Shown one piece after another: positions 1 through 12,451 of a DNA stretch of 64,000 nt. Numbering within the stretch: the first letter of the stretch is position 1; every line of letters begins with the position of its first letter. The notes beneath the pieces were generated by a model. The model was not told where the DNA came from. It made no database searches and saw only the letters and a program-made list of their open reading frames with translations. This DNA is from Flaccisagitta enflata (Eukaryota): the NCBI GenBank assembly GCA_965153355.1, contig OZ231126.1, forward strand, positions 28,582,001 to 28,646,000. The letters run 5' to 3'. The position numbers were made by a program, and so were the translations under genes.

Positions 1-230
1 TCCTGAGGCAGACAGATGGACAGATCGACGAACGGAGAATGTCTTTCATAGCGAAGCGTGAACTCACCTTAAAAGGCTGAACGCTGCGAAATGAGACATG
101 AAGCAGGTAGAATGAAATTCTGACATCTGTTTGATATCATGACGATCCCGTAGATAAATGAGGGTTGTCACAAATGTTGTCACTATCACAGATGGAACAA
201 GTCGAAACAGGAAATGAGTTTGAACCCCGG

Positions 231-428
<198 letters not shown>

Positions 429-998
429 TGTTGGGTATTCAACCCCCGCCGACCCGCGACGGGGCATCTCTCCTTCTCCGCCGTAACTCGACAAATGATG
501 ACGCAGCTTTGCCGTGTGACCATTAACATATTTGCGATGAAATGACTATGACATGACATATCGATAAATGACCGTTGACAATTAAAGACAGACATATGAC
601 ATTTGATGGGCGGATATGGACGGTGGAGAGACCAATCATCATAAAGGAATTAAAGAAATAATAAAGTAATGAAAGACAGAGACGAGTTTTCAGGGAAGCA
701 GAGGCGCGGCAGAGTGAGAGAGACAGAGAGACAGTCAGAGAGAAAGGAGGGGAGAGGGGAGAGAGAATGACGGTGAAGAAAAGAGAAAGAAAAGGAAGGA
801 AAAAAGGTATAGCGAGGAGTCTTTTTTTTTCACCACATCATTGAAAACGGCGCCATTTGAAAAGTGCGTTTTACGTGCGAAGCAATCAAACTCAACGCAA
901 TTCAATGAGGAGAGGGGAAACATGTAACCCGGGGTAACAATAGCGTGGCCGTTGGGACCAGGTTGGCATCGGGCAAGGGCATACACCCACCTCCCATC

Positions 999-1328
<330 letters not shown>

Positions 1329-1483
1329 ATACACTCTTTCATTCTTTTCATCAGACAGACGCGTGGTACAATGGACGGACATAGCCTCCTATGAATTGGC
1401 TTGTCCGCAACTAAAAATGATTTATAAGCGAATGACTGAAGAAAAAGTTGACACCTCGTTTTGCGCAGGAAGTCGTAACGAGA

Positions 1484-1600
<117 letters not shown>

Positions 1601-2369
1601 CGCCGTATAATTACAACTAAGCCTGTGGAAACGGTTTAAGAATGAAAAGCCTGTGGTCTTCTGGCAGACTGTCACGGGGAGTTGTCACAGACGATTGTTA
1701 AGTTGGCTTCATGCTTCTGCTCAGACGACATTTCACGTGTCATTGGTGCTGATAATTGCGTCGTTTCAACAACCACTTCACTCCTCATAAATGCGGATGG
1801 TTTGACGGTCAGACGAATGTGTTGGAGTGAGAATAAGAGTTTTCATTCAGTCCTCATTCTTGCATATACAGTTACATACCGCTACAACGGATCCAAGAGT
1901 AACAGAAATCTAGATGTAAAATGAATGGATGTAAAGCTTATGTCATTTCAAATGATTTTCTATCAATTTCTGTGATGGCAATGATAAAAATCTGCCTACA
2001 CATTGCAGAAAACTTTGGATCCTTTAAACAACAGTTTACAGTATGTAAACTGCATCATCAAAAATTTTTTCAGCAACAGAATTTTCTCATTTTAGAGGAA
2101 ACCGAAAGGAGTTGTTATCTTTTCTCGTTTTGTGCTCTTCAACCTTCAAGATATCTTCCACATAAAATAAAAGTTATTATTTTAGCTTCACTAAGTAACT
2201 CTGAATGCTCTGATACAGGTTTGTTTTGATTAAGAATGTGAGTTTTTCTGAAATGATCAATGATTATTACAGATGTTGGACTGAAATCTCCGTCATACTG
2301 TCTTGTTATACTAAGTGGGTTTATGGTAGGCATAAAATTTTCAGCTAAAAATGCATAGCACCAGTGAAA

Positions 2370-2756
2370 CACAGCGCAATCTATAGTAAAAAAACTGGTC
2401 ATTAGTCCCCCGGAGAAAAGCCCTGATTCATTGGTAAAGTTAGTTTTAATGGGGGATTTCCCCGGGAAATTCCCCGAGATTAAACTTTGATATTTCTCAG
2501 AAAAGCCCGGTTCACTTTAAAAAATAATTGTAAAAGGGGAATCCCCGGAATTAAACTTTGATATTTGTTAGTAAAGCAATGTTCACTTTAAAAAATAAGT
2601 ATAATAGAGGATTTTCCCGGGGAATTCCCCAGGGAATTCAGCGGGATTAAACTTCAATATTTCTCAGTGAAGCCCGGTTGACTTTAAAAAGTAATTGTAA
2701 TGGGGATTTCCCAGGGGATTCCCCGGGGAATTAATATCACTATAGATTGCGCTGTG
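2370..2756. mobile_element. Non-autonomous TIR element (Transib-like MITE)
   Basis: Perfect 18-bp TIR CACAGCGCAATCTATAGT (2370-2387) / ACTATAGATTGCGCTGTG (2739-2756); 5-bp TSD TGAAA (2365-2369, 2757-2761); internal degenerate GGGGA..TCCCC repeats. CAC termini with 5-bp TSD are Transib hallmarks. Confidence 0.8.
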
Positions 2757-4023
2757 TGAAAGAACCGGATATGTGAATGGGGGGCTGTCATGTGTAAAGA
2801 AGCGCGCCACTGGGGGAGCCTAAAAAGGGGTATTACCCTGGACCTTTCAATGTTTTTAGAAAAAGTTAATCTTTTGAATTTTTTTTTCTTGAGCTTTAAA
2901 GGAAAGGCATAAACAATTTCTAACAAAAGGAACCACAAGAAAACTACTCCCTTCCTCAATATTTCATCAATTTTCAATATTTAAGCATATAGTTTACTTA
3001 TAATTTAGCATCAGAGACTGTTATGATGAAAAAATCAAATAAAAAAGAAGCGGCGGCATTTGAATTCCAATATGCTTAACTTGCTGTGTGTAAGTGGACA
3101 ATGCTTGGTTCAAAGTAAAACCTACTGCGCTTTTGAGTTTTAAATGTGTACTATTATCATGAATTCCTCAACAATCAAGAGACCGCAGCTTGTTTTAAAT
3201 CCTCTGCCACTGCCCCTGACGCTGCCGCTGCCAATGTTCATATGTTTTTTACCATTTTACGTTTTATGCCTTGTGCTCCTAGAGGGCCGCTAAAATAGAG
3301 ATCAAGAGGAAGGCAGAAGAACAACTTTTGCTAGTGATTTCTTTGTAGATGATGACACAAGCACAGGCGCTTGGTGATATTCGATATGACAAGGTCAAAT
3401 TGATATCTAAACCGAAAGTTAAGACAGCCTATGACCCCCCGATGTGGACTAAATCCCGGAATTCTCGCTACATTGGATGCCTATTTATGGTGTATCTTCC
3501 TTTTTGACGGATCCATGTTGGACACTAACAGCCCATGGTTAAGCGTTCATTGACAACGTGATTGGAATTGGCTTAGTGAGGGAACTGCGCGTTGAATTTG
3601 GTATCAGATACCACAAATTATTACATTTTTTTTTCTACTCGGATGCAATGGGTTAAAGTGCACAGCGGGATTAGTTTCCCACGCGTCGCTGTTAATCAAT
3701 ACTGCTCGGTCGTAACAGGTCTTACATAAAAAAGTAACATTTTTCCTAAGGAGATCTTAAAGAATTTGGTACTTTTTTATGTAAAACCTGTTATGCAGTA
3801 ATGTGGATAGAGAACATTGTATTTGTATCTTTCGATTTGGTCCAAGATAGCGTCATGGTTTTGACTTTTGACCATTGAATAAGGCCCACAGAAAACTCAC
3901 TGAGGCGGCGTTATGGTTGAGGTCAAACTGACACCGTCATTTTCCCCCATAAAACCAATTCAGTCATGTAATACTTCACTGGCTCTTTTCTAAAAGATAA
4001 ACTTTGTTATTACCGTGTCTTTA

Positions 4024-4187
4024 AAACAAGGCCGGATACACGGCAATCTAGTCGCGGACGGTTGGGCAGGAGCAGTAATGCGAATACCGCTCGGAATTCA
4101 AAAATGTGACCGACCGACCGACCGACAGACCGACCGACGGACCGACCGACAGACCAAGGTGTAGAGTCGCGTGTCCGCGACTAAAAA
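4024..4187 (-). mobile_element. DINE-1/HINE-like non-autonomous (Helentron-associated) element
   Basis: On the minus strand: TTTTTAGTCGCGG..CGCGACT 5' hairpin, (GGTC)n microsatellite, second CGCGACT copy, 3' stem-loop GCCGTGTATCCGGC followed by CTTGTTTT; same architecture at 55848-56068. Confidence 0.7.
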
Positions 4188-4360
4188 TGAAGTTATTACG
4201 GAAGTCAATGTAGCGAAAAATTGGGTGGTGTTGGTCTTTTGCTCTTTTTGCTCTTTTGTTCTTCGCATAATTATGACACACGCTCCAACGCCTCGTCTCT
4301 CGCTGTATTCTTTATTTTCTGTTTTATACTTTCCTTCGCTATTTTACTTGTTCACGCTGT

Positions 4361-4876
<516 letters not shown>

Positions 4877-5389
4877 TACAGTGGTAGTGGCTAAGAATGC
4901 AAAAATTGAAACCGAGAATATGTCACATCAGACAAGACAGCAATTTTTAGATAAGTGTAAATCTAAAGATAGACGAAGAGACGAAGAAAATGATAAGAAA
5001 GAAAAGTAGACAATTCAATTTCTGGGAGAGATTGCTTTTATACGGGGCCATGAACATCCAAAAAATGTTCATGATAAAAAGTGACCTCTTTCTATCTAAC
5101 AATGTGAGATAAGGCGAAAGGCTCTACATTCTACAACGCCATCTCCCGCATAAAAGTCAAGACTCGTATTCACATTGTTTGAAAAATAGCATGTTTAGTC
5201 TCGTCACAAAATGGAATTGGTGAGCTTAGTTATCACAAGTTCCAGAAAGAAACCCGATGGATCGACTGACATGACAAGACGACGTTGACTTGAACGAAGG
5301 TTGGGGGTTTTTATTGACTGCAATGAACTCCCGGCCGTAGTCAGGAATCGGCCAACGACAAAAACGCTGCAGTATTGGACCGACACTGG

Positions 5390-5730
<341 letters not shown>

Positions 5731-5811
5731 TGACATGACAATGCGGATTATATAGCCGCGTGTCCACGATTTAAAACAAAATGAGCAATGACTTAACCAA
5801 TCTTAAGAGAA

Positions 5812-6180
5812 GCGTTGTTCTGCTGTTGTTGATGTTAAGTTCAAGCCTTATCTACATCTTAAGAGACAAGTTATAAAAGTGTTGTTCTGCTGTTGCTGAT
5901 GTTAAGCCAAGCCATATCCACATCTTAAGAGACAAGGTATAAAAGCGTTGTTCTGCTGTTGCTGATGTTAAGCCCAAGCCACGTCTGCCTCCACAAAGAG
6001 TCAGGGGTCTCTTTTTGTGGTGCTTATGTTAAGCCAAGACATGTCTACCTCCAAAGTGTCAGAGATCTTTTTTTGTGTTGCTTATGTTAAGACAGGCCAT
6101 GTCTACCTCCAAATTGTCAGAGGTCCCTTTTTATGGTGCTGATGTTAAGCCAAGCCATGTATACCTCCAAAGTGTCAGAT
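5812..6180. repeat. Degenerate ~58-65-bp minisatellite
   Basis: About six copies sharing the core GCTGATGTTAAGCCAAGCCATGT(C/A)TAC. Confidence 0.75.
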
Positions 6181-6262
6181 GTCTCTTTGGTCTCGTATTA
6201 GGAGAGTTATCGTCCTTCTGTCTTTTGTTTTTAGCGGTCAATCACTCGAAAGCGGGTAACAA

Positions 6263-6905
6263 GTTAGGGTTAGGGTTTGAACCGAAAGCGAAATAGTGCT
6301 ATACTTTCTTATAACGCTAACCCTAACCCTAACCCTAACCCATGACGCTCATGAGCGTGTACATGCCGCTCACTTAGTGAAACATTAACCCTAACCCTAA
6401 CCCTAACCCTAACCTCCAAACCCTAACCCTAACCTCATTATCCAGCCTAACCTAACCTAACCTAACCCGAGAAACACAACCTAACCTAACCTAACTCTAA
6501 CCCGAGAAACAAAACCTAACCTAACCCTAACTCCTAACCCAAAACATAACCCTAACCCTAACCTAACCTAACCCGTACAACAGAAGTGCATTCGCGAATG
6601 GTTTAGAACAGCGAAATAGTGCTACTTTCTTATAACGCTAACCTAACTAACCCCAACCCATGACGCTCATGAGCGTGTACATGCCGCTCACTTAGTGAAA
6701 CATTAACCCTAACCTAACTGCCTAACCTCCAAACCTAACCCTAACCTCATTATCCAGCCTAACCTAACCTAACCTAACCCGAGAAACACAACCCCAACCT
6801 AACCCTAACCTAACCCGAAACATAACCCCTAACCTAACCCTAACCTAAAAACATAACCTAACCCTAACCCTAACCCTAACCCGTACAACAGAAGTGCATT
6901 CGCGG
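6263..6905 (-). repeat. Telomere-like (CCCTAA/CCTAA)n array with interspersed spacers; two ~320-bp higher-order copies
   Basis: Runs of CCCTAA/CCTAA broken by fixed spacers (ATGACGCTCATGAGCGTGTACATGCCGCTCACTTAGTGAAAC; GTACAACAGAAGTGCATTCGC), each present twice. Confidence 0.9.
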
Positions 6906-7246
6906 GAATGGGTTTGGTTTCATGCTAACGCCTTCTCTCGCCTAAGGCAACGATAGCGAGCTCACCACCGAGGCGGAGAGAAGCAGTCGGTCATCGGTAA
7001 AACCCTCGGATGGTCATTTCACCGGTGCCTGCGATCGGCCAATGGCCGAGGTAGTGAGTTTCTTTACTGGCACGCGGGGAAGCGGGTTATTTCGGTCAAG
7101 ACTCGCGCATGGTCACCGAGCCTCTCTTTTCAGCTTCACCCTCGTTTGACCGCTCCCGGTCACTACAACCGCGGGTCAATTTTCAACCACCGTTGGCCCG
7201 AGGAAGCAATATAAGGCAGGCGGCTGCCGAAGTTTCATTCTTCGCC

Positions 7247-9058
7247 ATGAAACAATTTACCTGTCCGGTCTGTAAACGCCAAGAGCCGTGTACGTATGAA
7301 GGCGAGAATAAAAAGCCCACCATCCATTTGAACGTTCCTTGGCAGGGCCTTCCGTTAACAGTCACAAGCTCCGGCGAACAGTGCTACCCATGCCCGCGCT
7401 GCGAACTCGACGAGAACGGCGAGTCAAAGATCCGAACATGGACCCAAGCCGAGCTTCGAATTCACAAACGCCTGCGGCAACATTTCACCCGCCACCATCA
7501 CGGCAAATTAGCCGATTTCTACACGCCCGAGGAGATAGTGAAATTTTATGATGACGCGCGTCGCCTAAGATGCGAATTGATCCACGGCCCCGAGATCGAG
7601 CAACGTGAAGAACCGCCAACCAATTCATCCAAGGCTGAAAGCCCGGAACCACCACCGAAGCGCGTTTGGAAAATTTCATTGACTCCGTCAACCAACATTA
7701 CCCTTCCTTCGAACTTTGAAGGGTGGCTCGCCGGGGAAGTGAGTAAACTCACCGCTAAAACGTATAGCGGAGTGATCCGAATATTTCTCGAATTTCAACA
7801 AGCCAAGGGCGCGAAAGGCACCTTAGCGGATGTTTGGGACTTCGACGCCGTCAAATTATTCTTGGATGAAAAGAAGAGCCAGGCCAAGCCGTCGACCCTC
7901 TTTAATTACTTTTTCGCTTTGCAATCGGCGCAAAAGTTCACTCAGCTTGAAGGGATCGCGGCACCAACAAAGCTCACGACGTTGAAGTTTGACTCTTTGG
8001 GAAAGCAACTTTGCCGGGCGAAGACGGCTCACTACAAGGTCATTGCTGCGGAAAAGCGCAAGAGCGGAATTAGTCTTCATCTCGTGAAAGAGAAGATCCT
8101 GGACGATCCCGCTCCTCGTACTCACTTCGACAAGCTCGTTCGTCAAGCTCAACAAGGGTTTTCGCTGACACCATCGGACTATCGCTGGGCGACGGGTTAC
8201 GCGGCGTTCAACTTGCAGGCGAGTAACTTTAAGCGGAACGGGAATCTCGCCAAAATCTCGTACGAAACAGCAATCAAGCGCCTCAAGGCTGCGTTGAGGA
8301 AGGGCACCTCTTGCGAACTTGAGGTAACCGAAGCGACTAAAACGGGCGGAACCGAGGTCTTCTCAGTCATCCATCGTGACCGTATCGAAATCCTTCTTCA
8401 TTACGGCAAATTCATCCGGGCCAAAACAGCGAGCGGCTGACAGGACCCCGCTTTCTTTCTCAACAGCGTCGGGAAAAGGATTACCCAACTCGCGCCGTTT
8501 ATCAAGGCCGTGGCAAAATCGGTCGGCCTACCTTCACTCACCATCAAAGATTTGAGGTCTCAAATTGAGACAGAGGCTGCGTTTCGAGGTGATTTAGTCG
8601 ACCGGGCAGAAATCGCCAGTCATCTCGCTCATACAGAGGCAACGCGGGATCGTCACTACCTCCTCAACGACCACAGGCGTAGTCGAAAGGCGGCAAAGGA
8701 GCTAATTATGCTCTTAGACCGCGCAGAACCCGATGCTACAATGGACACGGACTCGGACGATGCGCAGGAAAGCGACTCGGATGCAGAAGCCGTAAGAGAA
8801 TCGATCCCATCAACACCCACGGAGGATGCGGAGCCCACGGGGGAATCGAACCCTTCAACGTCCGCGGAAGACAGCACCGAACAACAGGAAAGCTCGCAAA
8901 TAGATCAAAGTGTCACCGAGGAACCCGCCAAACTACCAACAGATGATTCAAGCTCAACGCCTAAAGAAGAGAACTCTTCCGTCAACATCCGTCACCTTCG
9001 ACGCGGGCGGACCGTGACCTCGGAAATGAGGCCAAAGCCGAAGAAGAGACGTAGATGA
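7247..9058 (+). pseudogene. Zn-finger tyrosine recombinase, copy 1, disrupted by a nonsense codon
   Basis: Colinear with 12491-14302, but codon 398 CGA>TGA (8438-8440) splits it into the 443-aa and 182-aa ORFs and separates KDLR, His and Tyr from the rest. Confidence 0.85.
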
Positions 9059-9227
9059 TCGCGGTGTTTTTTATTTGTAATAGAACTTGCCTACGTTTGT
9101 CCTATCACTGTTTATTTGCCCCATTCAGTCTTGGTCAAAGCGGTGGAAAGCCGCAGTTTTCGTTTAACGGTCAATTTTTGCCATCTTTCGGGTATGGATC
9201 TAGCTAGATAACGAGGGTATCGGGTTT

Positions 9228-9876
9228 TCTCGTTCGAGTCGAAAGACGGCCATGCACCACCATTTGAGTACGCCAATCCTCGCGGAGTCTGCGCCGGGAT
9301 TAGGTTCCCGGTGTTGAGTCAAGTTAAGCCCAGAGGGTAGGGTTCATCCGTCAATTCCTTTAAGTTTCGCATCGTTATTGATCGTCACTACATCCCCGTG
9401 CCGGGGGTGGGTAATTTGCGTGCCTGCTGCCTTCCTTGGATGTGGTAGCCGTTTCTCATGCTCCCTCTCCGGAGTAGAACCCTTATTCCCCGCTACCCGT
9501 TATCACCACGGTAGGCCGGGCTCCTACCGTCAACAGTTGATAAGGCAGACATTTATTAGATCAGCCGCCGGCGCAAGGCCACGCGGTCAAGTGGAGTTAT
9601 CCAGAGTTCAAGGAGGTCGACCGCCACGGTCCAAGAACCGCGCTGCATAGGCTGGTCTTGAAGGGATAAAGACGTCGCGACCCTCCCGGGCCCCAACGGC
9701 GACAGGCATGTATTAGCTCTAGAATTACCACAGTTATCCAAACGTCACGTCCAAAGACGCGACCGAAGATCTAAGGAACCATAGCTGATTTAATGAGCTG
9801 TTCGCGGCTTAGCCATTTGGCGGCATGTGCTGACACTTGCATGGCTTAATCTTTGAGACAAGCATATGATCAACCA
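9228..9876 (-). pseudogene. Internally deleted 18S rRNA-derived sequence (mini-18S), copy 1
   Basis: Reverse complements of conserved SSU blocks in the correct order: TGCATGGCTTAATCTTTGAGACAAGCATATG; GCATGTATTAGCTCTAGAATTACCACAGTTATCC; GCCTGCTGCCTTCCTTGGATGTGGTAGCCGTTTCTCA; CCGTCAATTCCTTTAAGTTTC; GTGTTGAGTCAA.TTAAGCC; ACGGCCATGCACCACC. Only ~650 nt, no 3' minor domain. Confidence 0.9.
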
Positions 9877-10250
9877 AGAGAAACATCGAGAAGGAGGTGG
9901 GTCATCAAGTTGTAAGCACTTCGTGGAGGGATTGGAAGGGAAACAGAAGGAAAAAGAGAGCCTCTACCAGGTCCCACGAGCGTCACAAGATAGGACCAAT
10001 ACTGAGCTGATGCCGGCCAACACCGGCAACTACCGCTCCGGACATGGACAGGCTATGGACAGGCAAGGTAACAGACAGGCAAACATCGGACAAGGGTATG
10101 GCCACCACCAACCCCGCCTACCTCAGAGAGCAGGCATCGGTCAATCGGTCAACAGGGAGGGGCAGAGATAGCCGTGAGAGAGAGAGAGATAGAAAGAGGG
10201 AGGAATAGAGAGAAACAGAGAGAGGACAAGCGATCCCCCAATCCCTCAAA

Positions 10251-10381
10251 GAGCTGGAATTACCGTGGCTGCCTCGTTAGACCCGTATCATTATTGATCG
10301 TCACTACCTCGCGCTAGAAGTGGTAATTTGCGTGCCTGCTGCCTTCCTTGGATGTGGCTGCGGTTTCTCATGCTCCCTCTC
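10251..10381 (-). pseudogene. Second 18S rRNA-derived fragment, copy 1
   Basis: GAGCTGGAATTACCGTGGCTGC (530-loop region), then CGTCACTACCTC...GCCTGCTGCCTTCCTTGGATGTGG. Confidence 0.85.
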
Positions 10382-10665
10382 GGTTGCAGGGACCGAGTCG
10401 CTACCCCTCGCAAAAAACGGGGTGGGGTCGCATCGCTATCACCCCAGCCGCCTGGACAAGGGTGCTAGCCGGGACCCAGGAGAAGCGACAGGTCCATCGC
10501 GAGCCGATTTGAGGTGCGGCGACTCCCCGTGCTGCCAGCGAGGAATCGGGTTTCGGGTCTGAGAAAGCCCGTCGCGTTGTTTTCATAGCCTCAGCCGTGA
10601 GGCTCGCGTATATGCCTCTCCCGATGGATGGATCAATCCAGGTCGCCCCATCGACGGTCGCTCGT

Positions 10666-10933
10666 AGTGTCGAGGCTCGGTCCCGTCGCCAACCGATCCC
10701 CGCTGATTTTTCGCCCCTACGGTGCTGGTCGCGCTAGATGGCGGTGCATCGTCGCGGACCGAAGAAGCCCATCGCGCTGCCTCTCCTACCCTCGGTCTCT
10801 CGCAGTGTCGAGGCTCGGTCCCGTCGCCAACCGATCCCCGCTGATTTTTCGCCCCTACGGTGCTGGTCGCGAACAATGGCGGTGCATCGTCGCGGACGGA
10901 AGAAGCCCATCGCGCTGCCTTTCATACCCTCGG
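10666..10933. repeat. 138-bp direct tandem duplication inside the unit
   Basis: AGTGTCGAGGCTCGGTCCCGTCGCCAACCGATCCCCGCTG... at 10666 and 10804; also in copy 2 (~15913, ~16047). Confidence 0.9.
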
Positions 10934-11159
10934 CCAGGAAGCCCACTTCACTGCCCCTCCCGGAGAAAGGACGGGGCCGGGTCGTGTCGCCATCACCGGA
11001 GCCGCTTGGACAAGGGTGCTAGCCGGGACCCGCGGGTAGCGGTGAGACCGTCCGATGGTCTCTCTGGGCGGAAGGGAGGTCGCAGCGAATCCACCAGACC
11101 CGCCTCACCAGGTGAGCCGAGACCTCCCCTCCCTAGTAAGGGAATTCCGCGTGACAAGG

Positions 11160-11339
11160 GGGGCTAGCGGGGTTGAAATCCATTATGAAGCAATTTGGCT
11201 TCTGGGTGATATTGACAGGTCAATTTGACAAAAAGTCCCTGTATCTTTATACATATAAAGGCTATATAGAGCAAATCGGCCTGCCTATCTGACCAACAAA
11301 TGAAATCGCTTTAACATGGATTTCAACCCCGCTAGCCCC
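11160..11339. repeat. 24-bp perfect inverted repeat with ~130-bp AT-rich spacer
   Basis: GGGGCTAGCGGGGTTGAAATCCAT (11160-11183) / ATGGATTTCAACCCCGCTAGCCCC (11316-11339). Confidence 0.9.
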
Positions 11340-11386
11340 TCTTTTAACCCGGATCAAAAACGGGATCCCTTTATTTTCTATATAAA

Positions 11387-12131
11387 TTAGGGTTAGGGTT
11401 AGGGTTTGACTCACTTTGGAGGTACGTCCTTCTGAAACGAGTAAAAATGGGTTAGGGTTAGGGTTAGGGTTAGACTTCACTTTGGAGGTACATGTTGCGG
11501 GTTAGGGTTAGGGTTAGGGTTAGGGTTTGACTTCACTTTTGAGGTACGTCTGAAACAGTAAAAATGGGTTAGGGTTAGTTAGGTTAGACTTCACTTTGGA
11601 GGTACATGTTGCAGGTTAGGGTTAGGGTTAGGTTGACTTCACTTTTGAGGTACGTCCTTCTGAAACGAGTAAAAATGGGTTAGGGTTAGGGTTAGGGTTA
11701 GACTTCACTTTGGAGGTACATGTTGCGGGTTAGGGTTAGGGTTAGGGTTTGACTTCACTTTTGAGTACGTCTTCTGAAACAGTAAAATGGGTTAGGGTTA
11801 GGTTAGACTTCACTTTGGAGGTACATGTTAGGGTTAGGGTTAGGTTAGGGTTAGACTTCACTTTGAAGGTACATGTTATGGGTTAGGGTTAGGTTAGGTT
11901 AGGTTAGACTTCACTTTGGAGGTACATGTTGGGTTAGGTTAGGGTTAGGGTTAGGGTTAGACTTCACTTTGGAGGTACATGTTGCGGGTTAGGGTTAGGG
12001 TTAGGGTTAGGGTTGGACTTCACTTTGGAGGTATATGTTGCGGGTTAGGGTTAGGGTTAGGGTTAGGGTTGGATAAAGGGGTTAGGGTTAGGGTTGCGGG
12101 TTAGGGTTAGGGTTTGGGTTAACCCTAACCC
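11387..12131 (+). repeat. (TTAGGG)n array interleaved with two spacer types, ending in a GGGTT|AACCC palindrome
   Basis: Short TTAGGG blocks alternate with ACTTCACTTTGGAGGTACATGTTGCG or ACTTCACTTTTGAGGTACGTCCTTCTGAAACGAGTAAAAAT. Confidence 0.92.
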
Positions 12132-12451
12132 GTTGAGGTTCGTGAATGGGTTTGGTTTCATGCTAACGCCTTCTCTCGCCTAAGGCAACGATAGCGAGCT
12201 CACCACCGAGGCGGAGAGAAGCAGTCGGTCATCGGTAAAACCCTCGGATGGTCATTTCACCGGTGCCTGCGATCGGCCAATGGCCGAGGTAGTGAGTTTC
12301 TTTACTGGCACGCGGAGAAGCGGGTTATTTTCGGTCAAGACTCGCGCATGGTCACCGAGCCTCTCTTTTCAGCTTCACCCTCGTTTGACCGCTCCCGGTC
12401 ACTACAACCGCGGGTCAATTTTCAACCACCGTTGGCCCGAGGAAGCGGCGG

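Larger units (their letters stand above)
6906..12143 (+). mobile_element. Copy 1 of ~5.2-kb tandem unit: tyrosine-recombinase element carrying 18S-derived DNA and a TTAGGG array
   Basis: Near-identical to the unit starting at 12144 (both begin GAATGGGTTTGGTTTCATGC); period 5238 bp. Confidence 0.85.

Noticed and set aside
6263-6905. True chromosome end
   Set aside because: Internal to the window, short and spacer-interrupted, with ordinary sequence on its left
7109-7246. N-terminal extension of the copy 1 recombinase ORF
   Set aside because: Out of frame in copy 2, and the TATA/Inr/Kozak signals point to the ATG at 7247/12491
9228-9876. Functional 18S rRNA gene or rDNA operon
   Set aside because: Only about one third of full length, large internal deletions, no 3' minor domain, no 5.8S or 28S nearby
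9378-11167. Short ORFs over the 18S-derived and GC-rich repeat region (and their copy 2 counterparts)
   Set aside because: They overlap rRNA-derived or duplicated GC-rich DNA, several change frame or length between copies, and they show no motifs
11387-12120. CRISPR-like repeat/spacer appearance of the TTAGGG arrays
   Set aside because: The spacers are themselves repeated rather than unique, there are no cas genes, and the context is eukaryotic
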